Shown here in pieces: positions 1 to 13,892 of a stretch of 64,000 nucleotides of DNA. Numbering within the stretch: the first letter of the stretch is position 1; each line of letters starts with the position of its first letter. A model generated the notes under the pieces. That model searched no databases. It was given only the letters and a program-made list of their open reading frames with translations, and had not been told where the DNA came from. Origin of the DNA: the human T2T-CHM13v2.0 reference genome, Homo sapiens. The position numbers and the translations under genes were made by a program. The stretch lies in the NCBI RefSeq assembly GCF_009914755.1, contig NC_060928.1; one strand, written 5' to 3'.

Positions 1-238
1 CTAACTAATCTCCTGTACACAATTCCTAGGTAACCATAGTTTCTTTGGTCCTACAATCACTCCACCTTCCATAAGGCAGATATGTTGTCTGTTTTCTTAA
101 ATAATTACAATGTGAATGTTTATAGCAATGGCAGGATTAAGTATATACTACACAAAATGTTTATTGGAAGTATTAAACAATCCTTGGGATTCCTATGAGG
201 TCAAAAGGAGAAGCCAACTAAAAAATTTATTTTTCCAG

Positions 239-409
239 ATGTCAGAAAAGAAAGCATACATGCTTATGCATGAAACAATTCTGCAAAAAAAGGATGAATT
301 TCCTCCATCACCCAGATTTATACTTAGAGTCAGACGAAGTCGCCTGGTTAAAGATGCTCTGCGTCAATTAAGTCAAGCTGAAGCTACTGACTTCTGCAAA
401 GTATTAGTG
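239..409 (+). CDS. HERC6: HERC6 coding exon (MSEKKAYML...FCKVLV), entry into HECT domain
   Basis: ttttccAG|ATG acceptor, GTG|GTacag donor, 171 nt phase 0/0; LRVRRSRLVKDALRQL is a HECT N-terminal motif; same length and phase as HERC5 exon 60822-60992. Confidence 0.93.
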
Positions 410-600
410 GTACAGTAAAAAGTCTCATTGAACATTTTTACTTCTGTGGGAGGGATGCATTCATATGATGTAACAAATGCTCTCTGAAAAGAGCCTGCAT
501 TTGCCTCTATGGTTATCAATCTTTTGGTTTCCAGAATTCCCCTCTTACCCTTCAGAGAATAGCAATAGGATGCTTAACTGCACAGTGGGCTATGAGTTAA

Positions 601-1065
601 CTATTAGTTACTGATGACTACAAAAATGCTGCATAATGAAACATCCCAAAACGTAAAGGCTCAAAATGACAATAATTTATTTTACAGATCTGCAGTTCAG
701 TGGAGGACCTGCTGATCTAGGCTGAACTCATCTGGGTGGCTTTGCAAATTTTATCTGAGTTTGTGTACATGTCTGGGAGTTGGCTAGGGACTGGCTGACC
801 TAGGCCTGGCTGGAGCAATTTAGCTCTGCTTCCTATGTCTTTCATTCTCCTCCTGGGGCGAGCAAGCATGTTCTTCCCACAGTAGTGCCAGAGGTGCAAG
901 ATAGCAAGACCAAACATTGCTTTAGTCAAAGCAGTCATAAAGCTGAACCTAAGTCAAAGGCTAGGGAAATATACACAGCCTCTTCAGTGGGAGGAACTGC
1001 AAAGTCATATGCAAAAGACATGGATCACAGAGGGGTGAAGAATTGGGGCTATAATGCAATCAAAC
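601..1065. mobile_element. Old MLT1-like MaLR LTR
   Basis: diverged MLT-type text (gcaagcatgttcttc..., caaagcagtcata...aagtcaagg). Confidence 0.5.
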
Positions 1066-1967
1066 TGCTAGAGGAAGGGATACTTTTCCTACATGTTGGC
1101 TCTAGTTTCATCACTTAAGACCTTCCACTAAAGACCTTCCACTATATGAGTTTCAATGCTAGCCATCCTTCCTTTTATCCTTTGTGGGTGCTTACAGGGT
1201 TTTTATTGTGTAGTAACTCAGGTTATTTGCCCTCTTGAGGCTACAGAATAATGACTAACTCTGTAGGTAAGAGCTGGAGTCTGTCCAGAAGGGAGTGGAT
1301 TTTCTCGATGTCAGCCATGAGAGGAAGAGTTGGGCTGTTAGAGAAGAAATCAGAACCTGGGAAGTGGGATTCAGATAAAAAAGGGATTTTCCCAGCATGT
1401 GACTCCAATGGAAAACAAAAACTACTTTATAAACCAGGCTTTCTAGTTGTATGTCTCCCTTCATGCCTATTTTTCTTTAAATCTTAACTGTAAAGGAATC
1501 AGTAGAAAAGTATTCCCCTTATGAGAGATGACCAAGGGGTAAAAAAAAGTAAACTTCAAGCCAGATCAAATAAAAATACAGACTCTGAACAAGGGCAAGG
1601 TTGTCAGGGCCCATCATGAGTGAGTCTTGACACGGACAGACTTGCTAGTATAAATGAGCAGAAATAGGAAAATCAGAAGTAGGCTTAATTTGTTATTGAG
1701 ATATTCAGAAGGGAAAGTGGGGCAGGCCCTTAAACATGATGGTCTATTGATCGAAGCAGCAGTAGATAAGATTACCCAGGCAAAGAGAGTAGAGAGAGAA
1801 CAAAAATCTAAGCAACAAAAATTAGAGGTGCTTATCATTAAAAGATAAAAGTAAATTACCCAAAAAAGGATGTAGAAAAGAAATAGTTAAGAGACATGGG
1901 GGAAAACCAAGATAGTACATAGCCATAAAGTCCAAAGGTAGAGAAAGCTTTTAAAAAGAGGGACTGG

Positions 1968-2308
<341 letters not shown>

Positions 2309-2820
2309 CTATGGGCAATCTGCTCTGCTGGTTCCTGCAAAGGTCTCATGCCCAGGCAGACTGGGAGGGCTGTTTTGCAGAAGCCCAAATAAGAGTAGAG
2401 ACAGGAGAAACCAAATACTTGTTGACTGGAGCCAGCCAAGGTTGTGAAGTCTGAATGATGAGATGGACAACAAGATAGAATAATCAGGGAATTTAGGGGC
2501 CCACGGGTTTGAAGAACATCAAAATTTGGTTTGAGATACTGGTCAATGTAACTGGTGAATGCTAAGTCTTGCTAGAGTCCCCCTTCACTTGGTCCATGTA
2601 GCAGTGTAAAGGATGCACACAACAATCTGAGAATAAATAGATTCATGGCCTTCACTGCTCAGCAGCAAACTGAGGGAAGACAGATTGCAAGGAGGTAAGG
2701 GCTATGTGATTCTAATAATTCTAGAGACTGCAAGAATGGTCGTTAGAGGTTTAAAACTTCCATAAAGCTCAAAACATTGTATTTTAAGTCAGGATCTGGG
2801 ACTATGTTCTCTTTCCTTAG

Positions 2821-2964
2821 GTTGAATTTATTAATGAAATTTGTCCTGAGTCTGGAGGGGTTAGTTCAGAGTTCTTCCACTGTATGTTTGAAGAGATGAC
2901 CAAGCCAGAATATGGAATGTTCATGTATCCTGAAATGGGTTCCTGCATGTGGTTTCCTGCCAAG
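2821..2964 (+). CDS. HERC6: HERC6 coding exon ([19 protein letters not shown]...MWFPAK), HECT N-lobe
   Basis: ctttccttAG acceptor, AAG|GTaagt donor, 144 nt in frame; GGV..EFF HECT motif. Confidence 0.95.
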
Positions 2965-3084
2965 GTAAGTCTTTTCTTTTTTTTTTTTCCCCCAGAACAG
3001 AAAAGGCACCCCATATACTGCAACATTAACACCATAGATAGTGGTGTAAAATTAGGTCATATAGAGCTTTGCTACTCATATTTT

Positions 3085-3235
3085 GAGTAGTACTCGTATG
3101 GTTCACAGAGCAGCAGCTATGGTGTCACTTGGGGAGCTGTTAGAAAAGCAGAATCTGAGGCCCTACTCTACACCTACTGAATCAGAGCATGTATTTTATA
3201 AGATCCTTAGGTGATTCACATGCACGTTACATTTT
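3085..3235. mobile_element. MER5A-like hAT DNA transposon
   Basis: cagaatctgaggccc...cctactgaatcaga...taggtgattc. Confidence 0.65.
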
Positions 3236-3297
3236 TAATGGTTTTAATAAATTATACTTGAGAAATAATAAACTGCATATATTTAAGGTGTCCAGCT

Positions 3298-3536
3298 TGG
3301 CTCAGCCTGGTGGTTCACACCTGTAATTCCAGGATTTTGAGACACTGAGGTGGGAGGATTGCTTGAGTAGCTGAGACTACAGGCGTATGTCACACCAGGC
3401 TAATTTTTGTATTTTTAGTAGAGACGGCATTTTGCCATGTTGGCCAGGCTGGTCTCAAACTCCTGACCTCAAGTGATCCACCTGCCTTGGCCTCCCAGAG
3501 TGTTGGGATTACAGGTGTGAGCCACCACGCTCAGCT
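3298..3536. mobile_element. Two truncated Alus joined in opposite orientation (+ 3298-3365, - 3366-3536)
   Basis: plus-strand Alu head stops at ggattgcttgag and switches to minus-strand Alu text. Confidence 0.8.
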
Positions 3537-3684
3537 GAATCACCTTTTAAGAATGAAAAATTATCTCTAGGATTCTATCAGTCATTTCTGTCCTAATTTA
3601 AAACACTTTAGATTACTGCTTCTCAAAATTTAGGAAATAACCTACATATCCATCAGTAGGAGAGCAGGTAAACAAATTGTAGTA

Positions 3685-4020
3685 CATGCTGAGCATCCTG
3701 TAATCTGAAAATCCAAAATCTGAAATGCTCTAAAATTGGAAACTTTTTGAGTGCCAACATGATGCCACAAGTGGGAAATTCCACTCATAAGTATTTAATA
3801 CGAACTTTGTTTCATGCACAAAATTATTTAAAATATTGTTTGAAATTACCTTCAGGCTATGTGTATAAGGTGTATACGAACTATTAATATAAATGAATTT
3901 TGTGTTTAGACTTCGGTCCTATCCCCAAGATATCTCACTGTGTTTATGCAAATGTTCCAAGTCTGAAAAACTCTGAGATCTGAAACACTGCTGGTCCCAA
4001 GCCTTTCACATAGGGATACT
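3685..4020. mobile_element. Tigger4/MER46-like DNA transposon
   Basis: gagcatcc..aatctgaaaatccaaaatctgaaatgctc...ctggtcccaagc...agggatact termini. Confidence 0.8.
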
Positions 4021-4095
4021 GAGCAGAATCTCAGTATCCCTTTTTTGAGACTCCGGCTCAAAAAAAAAAAAAGAAAAACAAAAACAGGTGATTCA

Positions 4096-4494
<399 letters not shown>

Positions 4495-4513
4495 TTAAAG
4501 TAACAAAAAAATT

Positions 4514-4787
<274 letters not shown>

Positions 4788-4823
4788 TTAGTAACACAGA
4801 TCATTTAATCTGTGTATGAAATT

Positions 4824-4975
4824 GTAATTTCATACAATATTTTAAATAATTTTGTGCATGAAACAAAGTTCGTATTAAATACTTATGAGTGGAACTTCCC
4901 ACTTGTGGCATCATGTTGGCACTCAAAAAGTTTCCGATTTTAGAGCATTTCAGATTTTGGATTTTCAGATTACAG
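4824..4975 (-). repeat. Inverted copy of 3698-3849
   Basis: hand alignment gives 152 bp with 3 mismatches and no gaps. Confidence 0.9.
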
Positions 4976-5008
4976 TTCTAAAAAGAATCACATGTTGAGC
5001 TTCTATTG

Positions 5009-5432
5009 TGTTATGGTTTGAATGCCCCACCCTCCCCGAAATTCATGTTAAAACTTAATCCCCAATGTGGTAGCCTTGAAAAGGTGTCCTTTAGAGGTAC
5101 TTGGGTCATGAGAGTTCTGCCCTCATGAATAGATTAATCCACTCATGGATTAATGAGTAATGGATTAATGGGTTATCATGGGAGTGGAACTGGTGGCTTT
5201 GTAAGAAGGGGAAGAGAAACCTGAGCTAGGACACTCAGCCCCCTCACCATGTGATGCCCTGTGCAGCCTCAGGACTCTGCAGAGTTCTCATCAGCAAGAA
5301 GGCCCTCACCAGATACAACTGCTCAGTCTTGGACTTCCCAGCCTCCAGAACTCTAAGAAATACATTCCTTTTCTTTATAAATTACCCGGTTTCAGATATT
5401 CTGTTATAAGCAACAGAAAATGAACTAAGGCA
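5009..5432 (+). mobile_element. MST-type MaLR solo LTR
   Basis: tgttatggtttgaatg...ggacttcccagcctccagaact...agcaacagaaaatgaactaag. Confidence 0.8.
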
Positions 5433-6157
5433 TATTTATTAGTCCCCTTTCCCATAAACTTCCAAATTGTTCTTCCAAATGGCAGAAAGGACAGGCAGGA
5501 GGAGGAGAAAGATGAATACATGTGAAAAAATACTGAAAGGTGTTTTGTATCTTTTCGAGAACAAATGGACCCTCTAAAATATAGGAATGGCTAAGGTGTG
5601 CCAATGGTATGATTTTTTGTTGGTCAATCAGCAAGCATTTATTTAATGTTTCTTGAGGTTCCTACATTGTATTAAATATTGTGGGATATTCAAATTATTA
5701 CATGACATAATCCCTTTCCTCCTGAAACTCTATAGATGTAGTTGTAGCAATAGGATCAACACACCAGAAACTTTACCAATTGGCTCTAAGTTATAGATTG
5801 CTGACTTAATATGTAATAGTTTTTGAGAAGCATGACAGGATGGGGAAGGAAGCACTGATGTGGGATCAGAAGCCTAGAGTTCTAATCTTCAGTGATGGTG
5901 AGTGTGTCATTTAGCCTCTCTGAGATTTCGGTTTCCTCACCTAGAAAATGGACGTCATAATTTCTGCTCTGCCTGCTTTGCAGGGCTATTGTGAAAACAA
6001 AACAAAGTAAGGTATCTGAAAGTACCATGAAGGCTTTAGGGCACTATACAAACTTAAGGGATTCTTGGTTAGGAGAGAAAGAAATCAAGAGGGGACTGAA
6101 GTGATTGCATTTGAAAGTATAATGGAGAGGCGAAGGCCTGAGGTTGAAGGTTAAGGA

Positions 6158-6251
6158 ATGGGATGAAATGAACTAAAGAGACACAGGTTGGGGATGGAGA
6201 GGAGATGGGATGAAATGAACTAAAGAGACACAGGTTGGGGATGGAGAGGAG
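6158..6251 (+). repeat. Perfect 47-bp tandem duplication
   Basis: atgggatgaaatgaactaaagagacacaggttggggatggagaggag occurs twice. Confidence 0.92.
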
Positions 6252-7383
6252 GTACCAACCTTATGAGGTACAGATGAAGAAACTGAGGTTTAGAGAGATT
6301 AAATAAATCAGCCAATGACAGAAAACTAGTAAGTGATCAAGCCAGGATATGAGTTCAGGATTGTCTAATCCCAGAGCTCTTACTCTTAAGCATTATGCTA
6401 TACTGCTGGATAAAAAACAGAGACAAAAAAAAAAAAAAACCAAAACAAAACACCCTGATTTGTGTATGGCTCAGTGAAGAGATGAAATCAGCTATAACCA
6501 AGGGACATATTACAAATTATGGGAAAGAAGACTGATTAGGTTTCAGGGGACCCCTTTGTCGATTACTTGTATTGTACTTAGAACTTACTTTCAAAATTTA
6601 AATGCAATTTTAGAATTTATTTTCACAATTAAATAAATAAATATGGCAACTAGACTGTACCATAGAATATTACGTGAGTGGCCCAAAGTCATGCACCCAC
6701 TAACAGTAAGGTTGGCATTGGAATTGAATCCCAAAATTTTCAGGCTGTTGATCTACTGTGCTGCAATCATGGCCTGGATAGATGGAGCCAGTGTTTTCTC
6801 TCACCAAGGACTACAAGTGCAGACAAGACATGCCAACTTCACCAGGCCTCTTTCCTTCTTCCCCTTCTTTCTTCTACCTACCTTCTTGGTCCCTAGCGTC
6901 AGTCACCCTCCCTGACCCATATGCTCATCCCTCTAAGCACACCCAAGTTGTGGGGCTGCATTGCCAAAGGGGCTGCCACTCATGCGAGGCTCATCTAATA
7001 TGCCTGGTGACCAATAAATGTATAAAGTGCACCCTTCCTTTCTCAGTGTCATTATTCTACATGAATCTGAAGGGAAAGACTATAAAATTAAATTGTGAAA
7101 ACCTGAATATATAAAGCTGTCTGAGCATATTTTTTAACGTTCCAGATAAAATGAATTCATTTATTTAATGTTCTGAACTATCAATTTGTATTCAAAATTA
7201 TGGAAGAAATTTAATGTATTATAATCTGTAGAAGAACTTCACATTTTTATTTTCCGGAAGCCCATTTTGTTTTTAATTTTTGACTTTCAGAAAAGGGAAC
7301 CACATTTTTTTTTACTAATCTAATTATCCCTTTGTATTACTAATTATTTATAATACCTTAGGGATTTTTTTCTTCTTTTCTAG

Positions 7384-7550
7384 CCTAAACCTGAGAAGAA
7401 AAGATATTTCCTCTTTGGAATGCTGTGTGGACTCTCCTTATTCAATTTAAATGTTGCTAACCTTCCTTTCCCACTGGCTCTGTATAAAAAACTTCTGGAC
7501 CAAAAGCCATCATTGGAAGATTTAAAAGAACTCAGTCCTCGGTTGGGGAA
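7384..7550 (+). CDS. HERC6: HERC6 coding exon ([21 protein letters not shown]...[11 protein letters not shown]...LG)
   Basis: polypyrimidine+tAG acceptor, AA|GTaagt donor, 167 nt phase 0/2; [14 protein letters not shown] motif. Confidence 0.95.
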
Positions 7551-8095
7551 GTAAGTAAATATAACGTTTTTTCAGGACCGTATCTAGTAAGTCTCAGTTG
7601 TTTAGGCATAAATAATCTTACACACAGAGAGACAGATATGGTCTTCAATTTCAATAATGTATGCTCTTGAGAGGAATTTGAATTTTAGCATGATTTATAA
7701 TTGAGTAAACCTTCAAAATGGAGGAAAGCTGAGTGTTCCTCTAATTATTAACAAGTGGAAGAAACAGGAGTTCTGGCCTGGTCTCTTGACTTTATCCAGG
7801 TGGAAACAGTTGCTTCAGAGAGCACAATATATATGTGCATCATCACACATATAAATATTTATGACTATACAAGGGTGTGTGTGTTTGTGTGCATGTAAGT
7901 CTAATAAAAAAACTGAAAATATGCTCACCCTAACTAGTAATTGAGGGAATAAATAAAAATGAGATATCATTTTTCTACTTACAGATTGACACTTGTTAAA
8001 AAGTTTTTCTTACAGTGTTGGCAAAAAATTGGGGGAAAGGACTCTCTTCTCGTGTACTGTTAGTGTGAGAATATATTGGCTAGATGTGTGCTGGA

Positions 8096-8313
8096 GCAGG
8101 GGTTCTCAGCCTTGGCAATACTGACCTTTTGGCCTGTTTAATTCTTTGTTGTGGGAGACTGTCCTGGGCATTGTGGGATGTTTAGCAGCATTTGGGGTCA
8201 CACCCACTGGATGCCAGTAGCAACCTTCCCTCCAAGTGTGACAACCAAAGATGTCTCCAGACTTTGCTGAATGACCCCTAGGGGACAAAGTCATCCCTGA
8301 TTCAGAATCACTG
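8096..8313. mobile_element. MER20 DNA transposon
   Basis: ggttctcagccttggcaatactgac...gtgacaaccaaagatgtctccagac...gaatcactg. Confidence 0.85.
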
Positions 8314-8563
8314 TCTAGAGGAAACAGCTCATTTTTGTAATTTCCATGAAGATGTAGCAGTGTCTATGTAGTAACAATGGTCCAACAAATCAAACTGTAA
8401 ATAGAGGCAAACTCTAGGGAAAGGGAATGAGAAGATGGAGGATAGGAAATTTATATTATATTTTATACATTTCTATATTGTTCACAACTTTTTCCATTGA
8501 AAATTACTTGTGAAACTTTATAAGATCAATAAATATAATTTTTAAAACCAAAATCTTCATTAG

Positions 8564-8630
8564 GAGTTTGCAAGAAGTTCTAGATGATGCTGCTGATGAC
8601 ATTGGAGATGCGCTCTGCATACGCTTTTCT
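8564..8630 (+). CDS. HERC6: HERC6 coding exon (SLQEVLDDAADDIGDALCIRFS)
   Basis: cattAG acceptor, TCT|GTgagt donor, 67 nt phase 2/0 matching neighbours. Confidence 0.92.
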
Positions 8631-8719
8631 GTGAGTACTAATGAAAGCCAAATTATAGTTTAGCTTTAATCTGTTTCTAAAAAATAATTTTTATTATAGT
8701 ATCTTAAATTTGGGATCCC

Positions 8720-9014
<295 letters not shown>

Positions 9015-9369
9015 CCCTGGGATCCCTTTTTTAAAAGACATTTTATTTCTGTACCGCAAGACTTTCCCCTTATCTTCTTCTCATGTCTATATACTCTCAA
9101 ATAAAGTGAAGCTATGGTGATTATTCAACTAGTGTAAATAATTTAACAACTAAACGATAATTTAGGCATGAAAGTAATGTACAACATGTACTAGGGTAGG
9201 CTTTTTTGCTTTCACATGTATTTAAAAGGCTGAACTACATAAAAAATTATTTAGCTCCAAGTTATTTTCAGTTACATAGGGGAAAATGTATTGGCAATAA
9301 AGATATTATGGGTGGTTGATTATTCAAACTTACTTTGATATTTGGTACCTGAATACATTTTGGTTACAG

Positions 9370-9440
9370 ATACACTGGGACCAAAATGATGTTGACTTAA
9401 TTCCAAATGGGATCTCCATACCTGTGGACCAAACCAACAA
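9370..9440 (+). CDS. HERC6: HERC6 coding exon ([23 protein letters not shown])
   Basis: ttacAG acceptor, AA|GTaagt donor, 71 nt phase 0/2; LIPNG..IPV HECT motif. Confidence 0.94.
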
Positions 9441-9528
9441 GTAAGTTTTGACAGCTAGAATATCTGTTTTGAATATACTGTACATAAAATGTTGTATCAC
9501 TATTCTTTTAAAATGTATTTTTAAATAT

Positions 9529-9807
9529 GGTTCACACCTGTAATCCCAGCAATTTGGGAGGCTGAGGTGGGTGGATCACTTGAGGTCAGGAGTTCAAGGC
9601 CAACCTGGCCAACATGGCGAAACCCCGTCTCTACTACAAAAATTAGCCAGGTGTGGTGGCACATGCCTGTAGTCTCAGCTACTCAGGAGGCTGAGGATTG
9701 CTTGAACCCAGGAAGTGGAGGTTGCAGTGAGCCGGGATTGCGCAACTGCACTCAAGCCTGGGCAACAGAGTGAGACTGTGTCTCAAAAAAAAAAAAAAAA
9801 AAAAAAA
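9529..9807 (+). mobile_element. AluS
   Basis: Alu dimer with A-tail. Confidence 0.88.
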
Positions 9808-10885
9808 GCATTTTAGCTTCTCAGGTGATTGTTTTAGCTCCTAATCTTTTAGAAAAAAGAAGCTTTTAAGATAAAAGAAAAGGAGAAAGAATTCAGGGTT
9901 CAATATTTCCTTTGTAGCTCTTTTTACTATTTATTCATTTAGCAAATATTTTTGAGCCCCTATTCTGTACCAGACTCTATTCTAGGTGCTGGAGATACAG
10001 TAGTCAAAAAGACAGACAAAATTTGGAGCTTAAATTCCAGTGGGGCAGAAAGACAATACACAAATGAATCATTATTATTTTTAATAGAGATGGAGTCTTG
10101 CCATGCTGCCCAGGCTGGTCTCGAATTCCTGAGCTCAGGCAGTCCTCACACCTCAGCCTCCCAAAGTACTGGGATTACAAGGGTGAGCCACCGCACCTGG
10201 CCACAAATGAATTATTATGTAATATAATGTCAGATAAGGATGAGCACTCTGAAGAAAATTAAAACTGATTAAGAAACTAGGGAGTTCCAGGTGGTGGTAT
10301 GCTGGAGCTCACTAGTACCAGCTTGTGAGAGCTGATTGTTAAATTTTCAAAAATGTTAAGAGTTTATTATCAAAGTATTAGTAGCTGAAAATCAGCCACA
10401 GTGGGAATATTAACACCACAGAAATTCGCCAATGCTGCAAATGTGTGTCCCCTCCCCTCCCACTCCTTTTCAGAGAGCTGGTTGTTAGATATTTACCAGC
10501 ACACCAATGGTTACAGGGGAAGGCAGACAAGAGTTGATTTAGATAGGCTAGTCCACAAAGGCTGCCCAAAGTGTGGGAGACAATCATGTCTCTGATGGAA
10601 ATGCCTCCAGTAGCAACCCTGCCATCAGGAAATTAATCATTTAGTAGAAATTACATCCTGTAGTATAAGACAGACCTTGCAGGAATAATTTTCACAAAGT
10701 GACATGTGTTGTGAGAGGGGACAAGCAAAGGAACAAAAGGATCAACCCTGAGAAAGTCTTACTTATATTGAAATCTAATGGATGGTAGAAGTTATCAGGT
10801 AAAGAAGAAATGCTGCATTCTGTGGCCTAACTACAAAAGAGAGACAAGACCTATGAACGGGGCCAGAAGTGAAAATGGAAGTGGG

Positions 10886-11110
10886 AGCTGGGCACCATGG
10901 TGCATACTTGCAGTCTCACCTACTCAGGAGGCTGTGGCGGGAGGTTCGCTTGAGGCCAGGAGTCCAAGTCCAGCCTGGGCAACACAGGGAGACCCCATCT
11001 CTTAAAAAAAAGAAAGAAAAAGAAAGGAAAGAGAAAGAAAGAAGAAAGAAAGAAAAGGGAAGGGAAAGGGAAAGGGAAGGGAAGGGAAAGGAAAGAAAGA
11101 AAGAAAGAAA
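10886..11110 (+). mobile_element. FLAM/Alu monomer with expanded GA-rich tail
   Basis: TSD gaaaatggaagtggga; polypurine tail 11004-11110. Confidence 0.8.
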
Positions 11111-11532
11111 ATGGAAGTGGGAAGAGGCCCCTTGCTGAGACTGGCAAGGTCAGATAATTGAGGGAGGAGCTAGGCTTGGGAAGGCCTGTTGATCCCTGCT
11201 AAGGAGGTTTGGAATTTACCCCAAGGGCAATGGGAAGCCTTTGAAAGACTTTAAGCAAGAGAATGACATATTCAGATTCATGTTTTAAAAAAATCCTCCT
11301 GACTGCAGTGAGGAAAGTGAGCCAAATAGTTTTAAACCTTCTGATTATATTTTCTAAATTTCTTTCTTCTAGCTGACCAGGTTTTGGTCACAATACAACA
11401 TTCTTGTGCTATATAGAAGTAATTTACTTTTCCTTCTCAATAGAAATAGTAAAAAGAACAAAGTATAAAATCTTTTAATCATTGGCCTTTTCCTTCCTTT
11501 CTTTTTTTTTTTTTTTTTTTGCTTCCCTCAAG

Positions 11533-11716
11533 GAGAGACTATGTTTCTAAGTATATTGATTACATTTTCAACGTCTCTGTAAAAGCAGTTTATGAGGAAT
11601 TTCAGAGAGGATTTTATAGAGTCTGTGAGAAGGAGATACTTAGACATTTCTACCCTGAAGAACTAATGACAGCAATCATTGGAAATACTGATTATGACTG
11701 GAAACAGTTTGAACAG
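11533..11716 (+). CDS. HERC6: HERC6 coding exon ([10 protein letters not shown]...FQRGFYRV...[21 protein letters not shown])
   Basis: long poly-T tract then caAG, CAG|GTaggt donor, 184 nt phase 2/0. Confidence 0.95.
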
Positions 11717-11806
11717 GTAGGTGATACCTAAAGTGCCCCAATTTTTCCGAACAACTTCTATATATTCCACCCCACTCAAATCATTTTTCTCCCTCTTTCT
11801 CTCAAG

Positions 11807-11909
11807 AATTCAAAGTATGAGCAAGGATACCAAAAATCACATCCTACTATACAGTTGTTTTGGAAGGCTTTCCACAAACTAACCTTGGATGAAAAGAAAA
11901 AATTCCTCT
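11807..11909 (+). CDS. HERC6: HERC6 penultimate coding exon ([34 protein letters not shown])
   Basis: ctcaAG acceptor after a 90-nt intron, T|GTaagt donor, 103 nt phase 0/1; HECT C-lobe FW motif. Confidence 0.95.
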
Positions 11910-11986
11910 GTAAGTACTGTGGTACTAGATGGACACATAATTATGTATCTTTTAAAAAGGTACAGTCTTGTTTAGAATGAAGCCAT

Positions 11987-12603
11987 TGAAGTGGCCTCAT
12001 TGTCTGGGGTGACACCCAAGGTTCTTTGTCTCACAGCCATGGAGATCAAGGACATGGACACACACAAAGGGTGAGGTATAGAGCAGAAACTTAATAGGCG
12101 AAAAGAGAATAGCTCTCTGCTACAGAGAGGGGTCCCAGAAAAATGAGTTGCTGATCTGTGGTGAAATGCAGGGTTTTTTATAGATGAGCTAGTGAGGAGG
12201 TGGTGTCTGATCTACATAGGGCATGAAAAACGAGTTAGGACCAGGTGTACCATCCGCATAGGGCACGAATCTCTGGCAGCCCCTACCCCAATCTTTGATT
12301 ATACAGGTGGGTAGCTACTCCATGGTGCTTCTTTCTTACTGTGCATGTGCTAAAAAAGGGGGGAGGTGGAACCCCCATGGTGGACATGCCTGGTCCCAGG
12401 TTGCCCTTTCTATTGGTGGAGCTGCTGGCATTCCCCCGTGCTAGCTTCCAGCCTTCTTATCTATGTTTGCAGCCCGATATTCCAGGCTGCTCTTTGTTAG
12501 AAAAGAAGTGATTTCTTGGACTGCTTTTTGTTAGAAGGGAAGTTCTGCTGAGGACTCTTTTGCCCTCACTATCTGCCTAAAATAATTTTCTATCTCTGTA
12601 TCA
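11987..12603 (-). mobile_element. LTR9-like solo LTR, antisense, in the last HERC6 intron
   Basis: minus strand begins TGATACAGAGATAGAAAATTATTTTAGGCAGATAGTGAGGGC and ends CA; exact TSD CCAT (11983-11986, 12604-12607); 617 bp. Confidence 0.82.
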
Positions 12604-13892
12604 CCATTCTTGCAGGTGGGTCACATGTGTTAGTGGCAGAGCAAGGATGAGAACCCAGGCTCCCTACCTTCTAGACCAGCATTCTTTCTCTTACTCAAGC
12701 CTGTTTCTTTTTTTTTTTAAGTAGAGATTTGCTAATTTACTACTTTTTCTACACTGACTTTTTCTGCACCCTCTTTCCTCACTTCAGCTGGCTCCTAAGC
12801 CTTTTATCTCATGTTCCTATCTTCATCTAATTATCTAAGTCCTATGATGTTCGAATGATGCCAACTATCTGTTTTATAGTAATATATCATTTAGAAATAA
12901 TAATGGCAACAACAACTGATGATAATAATAGCAGCAGCAGCATTTACTGTGTGCTTATTCTGTGCCATGCACTATGCTGACTGCTTTGTATCTATTACCT
13001 ACCTTTTTCCTAACAGCAACCCTACGAGGTAGGTACTATTCTTTTTTCCCCGTTTCAGACATGAGGAAAAAGAGGCTTGGAGCATTTAGTAGCTTGCCCA
13101 TGTTCAGACAGCTGGTAAGTATGGGAACCAGAATAGAATCCATCAGGCTGACTCCAAAGCCCAGGCTCTTGAGCACTAAGCTCTGTAGCCTCATGGTATA
13201 AGAACTTCTCTTGGTGGGAACCCTAAGGTTTCTCTAGGGCAGACTTAATGACTTCTCTCACCATCTCATCCCATTTGTCAGCTCTTCCTGAGTTACACAT
13301 CTTTCTTCTTGATATTTTTGTTGCTACTAAGGATGCTGGAGGACAATTCCAACTTGTCCACAGATCCAACCTATTTCTCTATAAGCCCAAGCTGCCTTTC
13401 TAATCTTCTCTCTTAATGGGAAACTTTTGATTCAGCCCAGTGGTTCAGCTGTCTGTACACCCCATGAGTTCACTTCTTCCCACCTGTGGCTTTTTCCTGA
13501 GCTTTGTCCCCTGCCTTGAAAGCTCAGCCAAATCCTGTCTTGAGAAATAGCCTGGTGTGACCTCTGTGAAGTCTCTCTGACCACTCAGCCTGGTGTTTCT
13601 CTCCCTGCTGAATCCTTTAAGCTCCTAACCTCATTCTTCCTAGATGAGCTAAATAAACTTCCTTCTTGCTACTATCTTTTCATGCATATAATTTTCCCCC
13701 AACTACACCATGAACTCATTGAGGACAAAGACCAAATGTCATGATTTTTATACATTCAACATGGTCTAGGACAGTTCTCTCTGCCTAAGGACATTCAATA
13801 AATACTTACTGAATGAAGTGATTAATTTCTTCCTTTTCATTATGTTTTACTCTTTCTATGAAATATCTTAACCAAATTTTATTCCTTTCTAG

